Shown here in pieces: positions 1 through 9,706 of a stretch of DNA of 64,000 bases (position 1 is its first letter; each line of letters starts with the position of its first letter). The stretch is taken from contig CAZDKO010000003.1 in NCBI GenBank assembly GCA_964506075.1, positions 1,510 through 65,509 on the forward strand. Direction: 5' to 3'. This DNA comes from an uncultured bacterium. GTDB taxonomy: Bacteria; CAZDME01; JAYEMH01. The translations under genes and the position numbers were made by a program. The notes under the pieces are model-generated. The model was not told the DNA's origin and did not search any database. It was given only the letters and a program-made list of their open reading frames with translations.

Positions 1-2
1 GC

Positions 3-1478
3 GATTTATTGCAGCCGACTCTTGATGGAAAATTATATTTCAAAGGGAATGAAGAGGTCAGTTTGGAAAAAATTAAGTGTCAGTTGATCTTTTCCCCTAA
101 AGGTTTGGATTGTAAAGACGCTGAAGTTTTTATTTCCAGGATAGGAAATTTATTATGGAAAGCTGAGTTTAATAAAGACTTGAGCTATCGGATTTATTTT
201 GATTTGCCTTCGGTTAGAGATAGGGATTTATTTTCTTTTGTTGGGAATTTACCTGTTTCCGTAGGTGTTTTAGAATTAAAAGGGGAACTTAACGGTATAA
301 TAGGAATTCCGCAGATTAATTATCAGGGGGAATTAATCCGAAAAAAATTTGGAAAGGATAAGACCATAAAATGGCAACTCCGTCAACATAAGAAGATAAT
401 AAAGATAGAAAGTATTTTGTTGTCAAAGGGGTTATCTTTGTCTGGTTATTTGGATATTAATACATCTTTGCTGCAGTTGATATTCAAAATAGATAAATTT
501 AATTTTGGTCCTGATGTTTTTGACGGAATAATAAAAATAAAAGGTAATAAAGGAAATTTTATTCTTGAAAATTCAGTTTTATCTTCCCCTCGTTTTAACT
601 GTGAATTAGAAGGCAAGACAGAGGGACATAACGTGGGGTTTGAAATCAAAATGACAGATAAAAAAGTTCCTTTTAAAGCTAATGTCAATTTAAATGGAAC
701 TATGACGTCTTCAGGATTTAATGCCGAAATATTAGTTAAACCAATATCCATTCAGGATAAAACATATCCCCCGATAACAGCCTTCTTAAAAATAGATAAT
801 CAAAAATTGATCATTGAGAAAGCTAATTGGCTCGGAGCCTATTTCTTAAATGGGCAACTTATTTTTTCTCCTTTGAAGTTTAACTTCGGTTTAAAAGTAG
901 AAGAAGGCGACATTATCCCAATCCTGGCTTTTTCACCTTTTCTGTCCGATGAGGATAATTATGGAAAAGCTTCGGGTGAGATAGAATGCTACGGAGAGTG
1001 GCCGAATTTAAACGTCAAGGGTATCGTTGAAATGAAAGATTCAAAAGTTGCCCAGAAGAATATTGAATACGCTAAGTTTCAGTTTGCCGGGATATATCCT
1101 TATCTTACGTTAATTGAATCACCGGTAATTTATAACGGTACGACTTTAATCTGCGCCGGGCCAATTGATTTTTCCAAGCCGGGGAAAGGAAAATTTCAGG
1201 GTGTTGATTACGTTATGGATGAAAGTCAGATGGTCTGGGACGGTTGGAAAATTAAGCGGGGGGAAGAAAAGAATGAGATAAGTTTAACTAAGGAGGTGGA
1301 AGGAGGCTTTGCCGTGCGGCTTAAAACTCCCACTGGGAATGAAATAGAAGATAATCTTCTGGTAGAGCCGGGCCCGGAAGTGGAACTGGAATACACCATA
1401 AAAGGGAAAGAAAAACTTAAGTTTCGCATAGATGAAGAGGATGATTTTGTAGGGATTGAACATAAAATAAATTTCTAA
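3..1478 (+). CDS. TamB/AsmA-like outer-membrane assembly protein, C-terminal part (5' end outside window)
   Basis: The frame is open from the window edge to the stop at 1476-1478. The sequence is long, repetitive and beta-strand-like, ending ...DDFVGIEHKINF with an aromatic C-terminus. It lies directly upstream of bamA, a common tamB-like position. The call rests on context and composition, not on a hard motif. Confidence 0.45.
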   Translation, partial: DLLQPTLDGKLYFKGNEEVSLEKIKCQLIFSPKGLDCKDAEVFISRIGNLLWKAEFNKDLSYRIYFDLPSVRDRDLFSFVGNLPVSVGVLELKGELNGIIGIPQINYQGELIRKKFGKDKTIKWQLRQHKKIIKIESILLSKGLSLSGYLDINTSLLQLIFKIDKFNFGPDVFDGIIKIKGNKGNFILENSVLSSPRFNCELEGKTEGHNVGFEIKMTDKKVPFKANVNLNGTMTSSGFNAEILVKPISIQDKTYPPITAFLKIDNQKLIIEKANWLGAYFLNGQLIFSPLKFNFGLKVEEGDIIPILAFSPFLSDEDNYGKASGEIECYGEWPNLNVKGIVEMKDSKVAQKNIEYAKFQFAGIYPYLTLIESPVIYNGTTLICAGPIDFSKPGKGKFQGVDYVMDESQMVWDGWKIKRGEEKNEISLTKEVEGGFAVRLKTPTGNEIEDNLLVEPGPEVELEYTIKGKEKLKFRIDEEDDFVGIEHKINF

Positions 1479-1507
1479 AAAAACTCCTTTCCTTAAATAT
1501 TTCCATA

Positions 1508-1541
1508 TGCTATAATACACCAATTATTAACTATAATACAC
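1508..1541 (+). promoter_or_regulatory. Candidate bamA promoter region: duplicated -10-like element
   Basis: The 11-bp direct repeat CTATAATACAC lies at 1510-1520 and 1531-1541. The first copy reads TGCTATAAT, an extended -10. No good -35 element is present. Confidence 0.35.
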
Positions 1542-1597
1542 TCTATCCTTTAATTAACAATTTTCCCCATATTAAGGCTTAAAAGAAAAGGTGAAAT

Positions 1598-3901
1598 ATG
1601 AGAAATTTTAAAAAAGTGCATATGCTGGTTTTACTTCTTATGTTTATCTTTCCTGTGGCGGTACAAATCTCAGCTTTAGCTGCTCAACAGAAAATAGTAG
1701 GTGACATTGAAGTTTCGGGTAATAAGTCCGTCAGTTCTTTTTTAATTCTTTCCCAGATTGAGTCCAAGGCAGGGGCACCTTTTTCTCCGGTTAAAGCCAG
1801 GCAGGATTTAAAAAGAATTTACACTATGGGGATGTTTTCTGACGTAAAATTAGAAACGGAAGATTTAGGCAGGAATCAGATTAAACTAATTTTTATTGTT
1901 GTTGAAAAGTCGGTAATATCCCAGTTGGTTATTGAAGGCAATAAAGATTTAAAGACCAAAAAAATTCTAGATTTAATTTCTTCTGAAGAAGGGGCAGCTT
2001 TAAATGAACAACTTATCCATGAGGATGTTAAGAAAATAGAAACTCAATATCAGGAATTAGGGTATCATTATGCTGAAATAAAGCCTCAAATTTCAGAGAA
2101 AAATGGTAAATGGACTGTTACTTTTAAAATTAAAGAAGGTCATCGGGTACGGATTAAAAAAATTGAGTTTGTAGGCAATGAAAATTTCTCTGCCCGTAAA
2201 CTTAGAAAACTTATGAAAACCAGGGTGAAAAAATTTTTTAATAAGGGTTATTTTAAAGAAAAAGAATTTAAAGGCGACTTAACTAAACTGGTTTCTTTTT
2301 ATAAAGACAATGGTTTTTTAGACGTGAAGATAGACAGATATGAAGTAAATCTGGGGGAAAAGAAAGCATTCTTATACATCACCATCTACGTAGAAGAGGG
2401 GAAACAATATCACCTGGAAAAATTGGATGTTACGGGGAATGAGATTTTTGACTCAGATTTTATCCTCAAGAGTCTCAGTATGCGTCCCGGTATGATTTAT
2501 AGCGAGAAAAATCTTCGTGAGGATATTAACTCTGTATTCAGGCTTTATGCCGAAAAGGGATATATTTTCGTTCGGATCTGGCCGGATATCAAAAAAACAG
2601 AAGAAGGAACCATTCAGCTTATTTTAAATATTAAAGAGGGGGATGTAGCGTATATAGAAGAGATCCTTATTGAGGGGAATGTTAAAACAAAAGATATTGT
2701 TATTCGCAGAGAATTGTTGGTGAAATCCGGTGAAATTTTTAACGGTAAAAAAGTTGAGCGGACCCGTGAAAGACTTTATAATTTAGGCTATTTTAAAAGC
2801 GTTGATGTGGATACCTCAGCAGGCACAGCTCCGGATAGACGTAATTTAATCTTCAGGGTAGAGGAACAAAAGACCGGGTCTTTTGGTATAGGAGCCGGTT
2901 ATAGTTCGGTAGATAAAGCGATCGGTTTTGTCGAATTGGAGCAAAGAAATTTTGATTTGTTTAATTTTCCTAATTTTACCGGAGACGGTCAGGACATTTT
3001 GATACGGGCTGAATTCGGCAGCAGAAGAAAAGATTATAGATTAAGTTTTACCGAACCATGGCTTTTTAATTGGCCGCTTTCATTTGGGTTTGACGTATAT
3101 CAAAGAAGCTGGGTGCGGGAAGATTATGATGAAAACAGAACCGGTGGCGATATTCGTTTAGGGAAAAGAATAGGTGAGGATTTAAGCGTTTACTTAACTT
3201 ATAAAAATGAAACAGTCAAGATAAGTGACATAGATACCGGTGCTTCCCAGGATATCTGGGATGAAGAGGGCAGCAACGATATCAGTTCTTTACGTTTATC
3301 TCTGGTACGTGATACCCGGAATAATGTCTTCGACCCTTCGCGGGGCTCAAGGACTATTATAGCTACTGAATATGCCGGCGGGTTTCTTCAGGGAGATAAG
3401 GATTTTATAAAATGCACGTTAGATAGTAACTGGTTTTTCAACCCGGTGGGTAAGATAATTTTAGATCTTAGTTTTGTAACCGGCTGGGTAGAAAGTTTTG
3501 GTGATTCGGAGCGTGTTCCCATTTATGAAAGGTTTTATGCCGGCGGCGGAGAAAGTATTCGTGGTTATGAGGAACGAAGGGTTGGCCCTAAAGGTGTTAA
3601 CGGAGATCCTATTGGTGGTCGGCTTTTAGGTTTAGGTAATATTGAAGTCACCTTTCCTCTTGTTCAGAATGAGGAAAAAGATCGTTCTATCATCAAAGGG
3701 GCGGTATTCTGTGATTCTGGTTATGTTTGGGCCGACCCCGGTGATTTTGACCTGGGAGATTTACATACCGGTGTAGGGGTAGGCGTCAGAATTAATACCC
3801 CGATTGGTCCGGTTCGTCTTGATTATGGATATCCCCTTGATATTGACCCTGGGGAAGAAAAGAAGGGACGCGTTCATTTCAGAATGGGCAGCACATTCTA
3901 A
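1598..3901 (+). CDS. bamA: Outer membrane protein assembly factor BamA (Omp85)
   Basis: Signal peptide, repeated POTRA-like units (IVGDIEVSGNK, ISQLVIEGNK, IKKIEFVGNENF, LEKLDVTGNE, IEEILIEGNVKTKD) and a C-terminal barrel ending RVHFRMGSTF. A bamA-skp-lpxD order follows. Confidence 0.95.
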   Translation: MRNFKKVHMLVLLLMFIFPVAVQISALAAQQKIVGDIEVSGNKSVSSFLILSQIESKAGAPFSPVKARQDLKRIYTMGMFSDVKLETEDLGRNQIKLIFIVVEKSVISQLVIEGNKDLKTKKILDLISSEEGAALNEQLIHEDVKKIETQYQELGYHYAEIKPQISEKNGKWTVTFKIKEGHRVRIKKIEFVGNENFSARKLRKLMKTRVKKFFNKGYFKEKEFKGDLTKLVSFYKDNGFLDVKIDRYEVNLGEKKAFLYITIYVEEGKQYHLEKLDVTGNEIFDSDFILKSLSMRPGMIYSEKNLREDINSVFRLYAEKGYIFVRIWPDIKKTEEGTIQLILNIKEGDVAYIEEILIEGNVKTKDIVIRRELLVKSGEIFNGKKVERTRERLYNLGYFKSVDVDTSAGTAPDRRNLIFRVEEQKTGSFGIGAGYSSVDKAIGFVELEQRNFDLFNFPNFTGDGQDILIRAEFGSRRKDYRLSFTEPWLFNWPLSFGFDVYQRSWVREDYDENRTGGDIRLGKRIGEDLSVYLTYKNETVKISDIDTGASQDIWDEEGSNDISSLRLSLVRDTRNNVFDPSRGSRTIIATEYAGGFLQGDKDFIKCTLDSNWFFNPVGKIILDLSFVTGWVESFGDSERVPIYERFYAGGGESIRGYEERRVGPKGVNGDPIGGRLLGLGNIEVTFPLVQNEEKDRSIIKGAVFCDSGYVWADPGDFDLGDLHTGVGVGVRINTPIGPVRLDYGYPLDIDPGEEKKGRVHFRMGSTF

Positions 3902-3948
3902 ACAATTAAAAGTGGATAACATTAACCATTAACTAACAAGGAGTAGCC

Positions 3949-4497
3949 ATGGGAAAAAAGGAAATTAGTATCAGTCGGTTAAATTTTATGAATATGTTTA
4001 TTTCAATAACGCTGGGATTATTTATACTTTTTAATACGGCTGACGTTTTTGCTCAAAGTAATGTTAAGGTAGCCGTTATAGATTTAGCCAAAGTGTTGCG
4101 TTCATATAATGAAAGCCAGAAGTTATCTAACCAGCTTAAAGACGAAATAGATAAAAAACAGCAGGAACTGAATAAATCAAAAACTGAAGTTGAAAAATTC
4201 GGCCGGGAACTGAGTGAAAAGATTAATTCTTTAAGTCAAAAAGAGAAAGAAAACAGAGAATCAATTCTTAAGACAAAAATAGAGAGTCTGCGGAATATGG
4301 AATTAAAATTTAATCAGGAATTAAGACAAATGCAGATAAGTATGCAGGAGAAAATTTCCGATAAAATCAACGAAGCGACAAAACAGATTGCTCAAAAAGA
4401 AGGTTATACCATGGTGATTAATAAAGGGATGGTATTATACAATCTTGACCAGAGTGAAATATCGGATAAGGTGATAGAAATATTAAACAAGAAATAA
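3949..4497 (+). CDS. skp: OmpH/Skp-family periplasmic chaperone
   Basis: Signal peptide ending ADVFAQ, followed by a K/E/Q-rich coiled-coil body. It is about 180 aa and sits in the canonical slot between bamA and lpxD. Confidence 0.85.
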   Translation: MGKKEISISRLNFMNMFISITLGLFILFNTADVFAQSNVKVAVIDLAKVLRSYNESQKLSNQLKDEIDKKQQELNKSKTEVEKFGRELSEKINSLSQKEKENRESILKTKIESLRNMELKFNQELRQMQISMQEKISDKINEATKQIAQKEGYTMVINKGMVLYNLDQSEISDKVIEILNKK

Positions 4498-4510
4498 AAA
4501 AAGGTAGATA

Positions 4511-5560
4511 GTGAAAAAAACATTAAAAGAAATTGCTGAATTAGTCGGAGGAAAGGTTTCCGGCGACGAAGATGTTGTTATCACCGGGGTCTCGGGTATA
4601 AAGGAAGCTAAAGAAGGAGATATAACCTTTATCGCCAATCCCCGCTATCTTCCCCTTTTAAAAACAACCCAGGCTTCAGCGATTATTGTCTCTTCAAAGA
4701 TTAAGAGAGATACTCAAAAGCATCTTATTATAACCGAGGACCCGTATTTTGCTTTTACCAAGGTTATGGGATTATTGGTTTCCCGGGATATATCGGTCAA
4801 TAGAGGTATCCATCCTCAGGCGTTTATCGGCAAGAACGTAAAATTAGGAAAAAATCTGACTATTTCCCCTTTCACTGTGGTTGATGATTATGTTCAGATA
4901 GGCGACAATACAATCCTGTATCCCAATGTTTATGTCGGGGGGTATACTAAAATAGGAAAGGATTCCATTGTTTATCCAAATGTAGTGATCAAGGAAAAAA
5001 ATATCATTGGAGACCGGGTAATTATTCATAGCGGGTCAGTTATTGGAAGCGATGGATTCGGGTTTGCTCCGATGAAAGGGGTTCACCATAAAATACCTCA
5101 ACTGGGAATGGTCATTATTGAGGATGACGTTGAAATAGGAGCGAACGTTTGTGTTGATAGAGCCACTATCGGTAAAACCCATATAAAAAAAGGGACGAAA
5201 ATAGACAACCTGGTACAGATTGCTCATAATGTGACCATTGGTGAAAATTCCATAATTGTTGCTCAGGTAGGTATTTCGGGAAGTACTACCTTGGGGAAAA
5301 ACGTAACTATGGCTGGACAATCGGGGGCAGTCGGGCATATTCATATCGGAGATAATGCGGTGGTAGCGGCTAAATCAGGAGTGACCAAAAGGGTTCCGGA
5401 TAAGCTTTGTGTTTCAGGGTTCCCGGCTAGACCTCATCAAGAGGAGAGGAAACTTAAAGCTTTGGTTCAGCGTTTACCCAAGTTATATGAACTGGTAAAA
5501 AATCTAAGTAAGAGGATAGAAAAACAGGAGAAGAAATGGGACAACCCCAAAGAACGATAA
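4511..5560 (+). CDS. lpxD: UDP-3-O-acylglucosamine N-acyltransferase LpxD
   Basis: GTG start. The N-terminus LKEIAELVGGKVSGDEDVVITGVSGIKEAKEGDITFIANPRY is typical of LpxD. A long left-handed beta-helix with hexapeptide repeats follows. Confidence 0.93.
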   Translation: MKKTLKEIAELVGGKVSGDEDVVITGVSGIKEAKEGDITFIANPRYLPLLKTTQASAIIVSSKIKRDTQKHLIITEDPYFAFTKVMGLLVSRDISVNRGIHPQAFIGKNVKLGKNLTISPFTVVDDYVQIGDNTILYPNVYVGGYTKIGKDSIVYPNVVIKEKNIIGDRVIIHSGSVIGSDGFGFAPMKGVHHKIPQLGMVIIEDDVEIGANVCVDRATIGKTHIKKGTKIDNLVQIAHNVTIGENSIIVAQVGISGSTTLGKNVTMAGQSGAVGHIHIGDNAVVAAKSGVTKRVPDKLCVSGFPARPHQEERKLKALVQRLPKLYELVKNLSKRIEKQEKKWDNPKER

Positions 5561-6843
5561 AAAGAAAAGCGGTCTATTCAGGAATAGGTTTACATACGGG
5601 AAATGAGACAACTATTACTTTTATCCCTGCCCCACCGAACACGGGGGTAAAGTTTATTCGAACAGACTTACCTAATAAACCGGAGATAACCGCTGATATT
5701 ACCCACGTGGTTGATATTGCCCGGGGGACGACTATAGGTGAAGGAGACGTAAAAATTCATACCGTAGAACACATTCTGGCTTCTTTAGGCGGGTTAAAAA
5801 TTGATAATCTGATTATTGAAGTCAATGCCAATGAACCGCCGGTTGGAGACGGAAGTGCTTTACCTATTGTGGGGACTTTAAATGAAGCCGGTATTGAGCT
5901 TCAGAATGAACCTAAAAATTTTTATAATTTAAAAGAACCTTGTTGGGCCGATGAAAATGGCGCATCTTTAGTAGTTTTACCTGCCTCTGAGTTTAAAATC
6001 TCTTTTACCATAGATTATAGACACCCGGCTCTGGGAGCGCAATTTGCGTCTTTTATTATTAACGAGGAAACCTTCACTAAACAGATTGCTCCGGCCCGGA
6101 CATTTTGTTTTCTCCATGAAGTGGAATCTCTTCAGAGACAAGGATTAATAAAAGGAGGCAGTTTAGATAACGCCGTAGTTATCGGGGAAAAAAATATTTT
6201 AAAAGAAGATTTACGCTTTAGTGATGAATTTGTCCGGCATAAGATTCTGGATTTAATGGGGGATCTTTTTTTGCTGGGGGCGCCTATGAATGCTTATATT
6301 ATGGCTTTAAAATCCGGACACGCTTTAAATGTAGAGTTAGTCAGAAGAATGAAAAAATCGAAACAGAAATTTAAAGAAGGAGCGATTAGTCGTGTCACCG
6401 CAGAAACTTCCGCTTCTCCGCCTCTGGATATTGTGGAAATCCAGAAAATTCTTCCTCACCGCTATCCTTTTCTTTTAGTAGACAAGATTTTAAAACTGGA
6501 AGAAGATAGACGCGCTGTTGGTTTAAAAAGTGTTACCGGAAATGAATATTTCTTTTCCGGTCATTTCCCGGGGCATCCGGTCATGCCTGGCGTTTTGGTG
6601 ATTGAATGTATGGCTCAGGTGGCCGGAACTTTAATGCTGAGTAAACCAGAAAACAGGGGAAAACTGGCTTATTTTATGGGAATTGATAACGTTAAATTCA
6701 GGAAGCCGGTTAAACCGGGCGACCAGCTTTTAGTAGAAGTTGAAATTATGAAACTCAAGACGAGAACCGGAAAAATTAAAGCCAAGGCTTTTATTGAAGA
6801 TACGGTCGTAGCCGAGGCGGAATTAATGTTTTCGTTAGTTTAA
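5536..6843 (+). CDS. lpxC-fabZ: Bifunctional UDP-3-O-acyl-GlcNAc deacetylase / 3-hydroxyacyl-ACP dehydratase (LpxC-FabZ fusion)
   Basis: The N-terminal half is LpxC (YSGIGLHTGNETTITFIPAPPNTGVKFIRTDL, HKILDLMGDL). The C-terminal roughly 145 aa are FabZ (LPHRYPFLLVDKI, GHFPGHPVMPGVLVIECMAQV). The gene overlaps lpxD by 25 nt. Confidence 0.93.
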   Translation: MGQPQRTIKRKAVYSGIGLHTGNETTITFIPAPPNTGVKFIRTDLPNKPEITADITHVVDIARGTTIGEGDVKIHTVEHILASLGGLKIDNLIIEVNANEPPVGDGSALPIVGTLNEAGIELQNEPKNFYNLKEPCWADENGASLVVLPASEFKISFTIDYRHPALGAQFASFIINEETFTKQIAPARTFCFLHEVESLQRQGLIKGGSLDNAVVIGEKNILKEDLRFSDEFVRHKILDLMGDLFLLGAPMNAYIMALKSGHALNVELVRRMKKSKQKFKEGAISRVTAETSASPPLDIVEIQKILPHRYPFLLVDKILKLEEDRRAVGLKSVTGNEYFFSGHFPGHPVMPGVLVIECMAQVAGTLMLSKPENRGKLAYFMGIDNVKFRKPVKPGDQLLVEVEIMKLKTRTGKIKAKAFIEDTVVAEAELMFSLV

Positions 6844-6852
6844 GGATAAGAA

Positions 6853-7626
6853 ATGAGTAAGATTCATAAAACTGCTTTAATTGGTCCAAAAGTAGAACTG
6901 GATAAAGAGGTGGAGATTGGCCCGTATAGTATTATTGACGGGGAAGTTAAAATCGGAGAGGGTACAAAAATCGGCTCACACGTTTTTATCGAAGGCTTCA
7001 CCAGTATTGGAAAGAGATGCTTGATTTTTACCGGGGCAGCTATCGGTTCCCAGTCCCAGGATTTAAAATACAAAGGAGAAAAGAGTTTCGTAGAAATCGG
7101 GGATGACAACGTAATTCGTGAATATGTTACCATAAATAGAGCCACGGGTGAAGACAATGTCACTAAAGTTGGCAACAACAACTTTATTATGGCTTATGCT
7201 CATGTTGCCCACAATTGTTGTGTAAACGATGGTGCAATTCTAGCTAATGAGGTAACTTTAGCCGGTCATGTTAACATAGAGGATAAAGCGATTATCGGTG
7301 GGGTAAGTGCTGTTCATCAATTTGTCAAAATAGGAAAACTTTCCATTATTGGCGGGTGCTCTAAAGTGGTTAAAGATATTATTCCTTTTGCCAGAGCCGA
7401 TGGACATCCTACCAGGATTTACGGCATAAATTCTGTGGGGTTAGCCCGCAATAAATTTCCCCAGGAAAAGATTGAAGCGCTTAAAAGAATATTTAAGATA
7501 CTTTTTCGTTCTAATCTGAATACATCCCAGGCAATAATAAAAATCCGAGACGAATTTAAAAATTCCGAAGAGGCTGAATATATTATCAGTTTTATTGAGA
7601 ATTCTGAACGGGGTATTTGTAAGTAG
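6853..7626 (+). CDS. lpxA: Acyl-ACP--UDP-GlcNAc O-acyltransferase LpxA
   Basis: It begins IHKTALIGPKVELDKEVEIGPYSII with hexapeptide repeats and has a helical C-terminal domain. It is 257 aa and follows fabZ, as in canonical clusters. Confidence 0.93.
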   Translation: MSKIHKTALIGPKVELDKEVEIGPYSIIDGEVKIGEGTKIGSHVFIEGFTSIGKRCLIFTGAAIGSQSQDLKYKGEKSFVEIGDDNVIREYVTINRATGEDNVTKVGNNNFIMAYAHVAHNCCVNDGAILANEVTLAGHVNIEDKAIIGGVSAVHQFVKIGKLSIIGGCSKVVKDIIPFARADGHPTRIYGINSVGLARNKFPQEKIEALKRIFKILFRSNLNTSQAIIKIRDEFKNSEEAEYIISFIENSERGICK

Positions 7627-7637
7627 CCACTGGATAA

Positions 7638-7750
7638 CCAGAAACCATTAGTCAGAAGCCAGATTTTATTTTGCTGAATTTAAGTTTATTTTTAAAAAAA
7701 TAAAAGTTTATTTATTTGGCTGGTTTCTGAAAACGGGTATCTGGTTTCTG
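7638..7750. repeat. Two-plus-two inverted word repeat spanning the lpxA-lpxI spacer
   Basis: CAGAAACCA(t) at 7639-7648 and CAGAAGCCAG at 7653-7662 oppose two perfect copies of CTGGTTTCTG at 7720-7729 and 7741-7750. The centre is AT-rich and contains the direct repeat AAGTTTATTT. A T6 run at 7751-7756 precedes the lpxI ATG. Confidence 0.8.
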
Positions 7751-7759
7751 TTTTTTAAT

Positions 7760-8569
7760 ATGACGATGGAAAAGATTGGTTTAATTGCGGGAAATGGTAA
7801 ATTCCCTCTTTTTTTTGCTCAGGGAGCAGAAAAGACAGGGAAAAAAATTGTTGCCGTCGCTTTTAAGGAAGAAACTTCAAGAGAGCTTTCTAAATATGTT
7901 GATGAAATCCACTGGATTAGCGTCGGTGAATTACAGAAACTTATTGATATCTTGACTTCTTCAGGTGTAAAACAGGCGGTGATGGCCGGACAGGTTAATC
8001 TTTCTTTGATTTTCTCTAAAATTAAACTGGATGAAGAAGCCAAAAAACTTCTTACGGAAGTAGAAACTAAAACTACAGATGTCTTGTTAGGTAAAATAGC
8101 CGAAAAATTGGCTGAGAAAAATGTTATTCTTATTAATTCAGCTACTTATCTGGATGATTTCCTTCCCCAAAAAGGAATTTTAACCCGGACAGGACCTACA
8201 TCCCAACAATGGGAAGATGTTGAATTCGGCAAAACAATTGCTAAATATATCGCGGGATTAGATATCGGCCAGACGGTCATAGTGAAGGATAAAACCATAC
8301 TGGCTATAGAAGCCATAGAGGGAACTGATAGAGCCATAAAACGGGCCAGTTTGTTCGGTAAAGATGGAATTATAGTGGTTAAGGTAAGTAAACCAAAACA
8401 GGATATGAGGTTTGATATTCCGGTGGTCGGTTTAAGAACGATAAAGTTACTTCATAAGGTTAAAGCTAAAGTTTTAGCTATTGAGGAGAAAAAGACTCTC
8501 CTTTTAGAAAAGGAGAAAACCATCAAATTAGCTGACCGCTGGGGAATTTGTATTGTGGTTTTTGAATAA
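7760..8569 (+). CDS. lpxI: UDP-2,3-diacylglucosamine hydrolase LpxI (DUF1009 family)
   Basis: IGLIAGNGKFPLFFAQGA at the N-terminus and DIGQTVIVKDKTILAIEAIEGTDRAIKRA in the core match my recollection of LpxI/DUF1009. The gene lies between lpxA and lpxB. Confidence 0.8.
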   Translation: MTMEKIGLIAGNGKFPLFFAQGAEKTGKKIVAVAFKEETSRELSKYVDEIHWISVGELQKLIDILTSSGVKQAVMAGQVNLSLIFSKIKLDEEAKKLLTEVETKTTDVLLGKIAEKLAEKNVILINSATYLDDFLPQKGILTRTGPTSQQWEDVEFGKTIAKYIAGLDIGQTVIVKDKTILAIEAIEGTDRAIKRASLFGKDGIIVVKVSKPKQDMRFDIPVVGLRTIKLLHKVKAKVLAIEEKKTLLLEKEKTIKLADRWGICIVVFE

Positions 8570-8584
8570 AGGAAAAAGAGGGAA

Positions 8585-9691
8585 ATGGTGGAAAAAATAA
8601 TCCGGCTTTCAAAGCCTCTGATAGGAAAAGAAGAAGAAAGGGAAGTAGTAAAAGTGCTTAGGTCCGGGAATCTTGCCTCCGGCAGCTATGTAGAGCAGTT
8701 TGAAAAAAATTTTTCGGATTTTCTAGGCACCAGATTCAGTGTGGCCACTTCATCCGGGACAACAGCTTTAGATGTAGCTTTAAAAACGGCCGGCATTGGT
8801 GAAGGAGATAGTGTCCTGACTACGCCTTTTACTTTTATTGCCACTTCTAACGCTATTCTTTATCAGAAAGCGAAACCTGTTTTTTCGGACATTGATCCGT
8901 TAACGTTTAATTTATCTCCGGAAAGTTTACTGGAAGTTTTGAAGAGAAACAAAAAGATAAAAAATTTGTTAATAGTGCACCTTTTCGGTTTATCTTGCGA
9001 TATGACCGGAATTATGAAGATAGTAAAAAGGTTTAATCTTAATTTAATTGAAGACTGTGCTCAAGCTGTCGGTGCGGAGTTTTATGGAAAAAAAACGGGC
9101 ACTTTCGGGTTAATGGGTACTTTCAGTTTTTATGCGACTAAAAATATGTCTACGGGAGAAGGGGGAATGGTAGTTTGTAATAGTAAAAAACTAAAGAATT
9201 CCTTGAAATGCTTTATTAATCATGGCTCCGTTAAAAAATATGTCCATAATTTTCTTGGTTATAATTATCGTTTAACCAATGTTGCAGCGGCTTTGGGAAT
9301 TTGCCAGTTACAAAAAATAGAAAAGTTCAATCAGAAAAGAATTCACAACGCCGCTTTTATTTCCCGGGCTTTAAGAAAGCTGGACTGGCTGATTCTTCCC
9401 GGTGTACCGCGGGGTTACAAACATGTTTTTCATCAATATACAGTTAGAATAAAAAAAGGTGTGAGACGGGAGCATCTTATAGAATTTTTAAAAAGGGAAG
9501 GTATAGAAACAGGAATTTTCTATCCCCGCCCTGTTTATAGCCAGGTTTTATATAAAAAGCTGGGTTATAGATTGTTTTTACCGGAAGTTGAAAAGGTAAG
9601 CCGGGAAGTGGTATCCTTACCTGTTCATCCGGCTTTAAATCAAACAGATTTAGATAGAGTCGTTGAAGCTATAACTAAATATAAACCATAA
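8585..9691 (+). CDS. DegT/DnrJ/EryC1-family PLP aminotransferase (GnnB-like)
   Basis: Fold-type I sugar aminotransferase signature, with SFYATKNMSTGEGG carrying the PLP lysine and a YNYRLTNVAAALG motif. It is embedded between lpxI and lpxB. Confidence 0.85.
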   Translation: MVEKIIRLSKPLIGKEEEREVVKVLRSGNLASGSYVEQFEKNFSDFLGTRFSVATSSGTTALDVALKTAGIGEGDSVLTTPFTFIATSNAILYQKAKPVFSDIDPLTFNLSPESLLEVLKRNKKIKNLLIVHLFGLSCDMTGIMKIVKRFNLNLIEDCAQAVGAEFYGKKTGTFGLMGTFSFYATKNMSTGEGGMVVCNSKKLKNSLKCFINHGSVKKYVHNFLGYNYRLTNVAAALGICQLQKIEKFNQKRIHNAAFISRALRKLDWLILPGVPRGYKHVFHQYTVRIKKGVRREHLIEFLKREGIETGIFYPRPVYSQVLYKKLGYRLFLPEVEKVSREVVSLPVHPALNQTDLDRVVEAITKYKP

Positions 9692-9706
9692 AAATAGAGG
9701 CTACTA

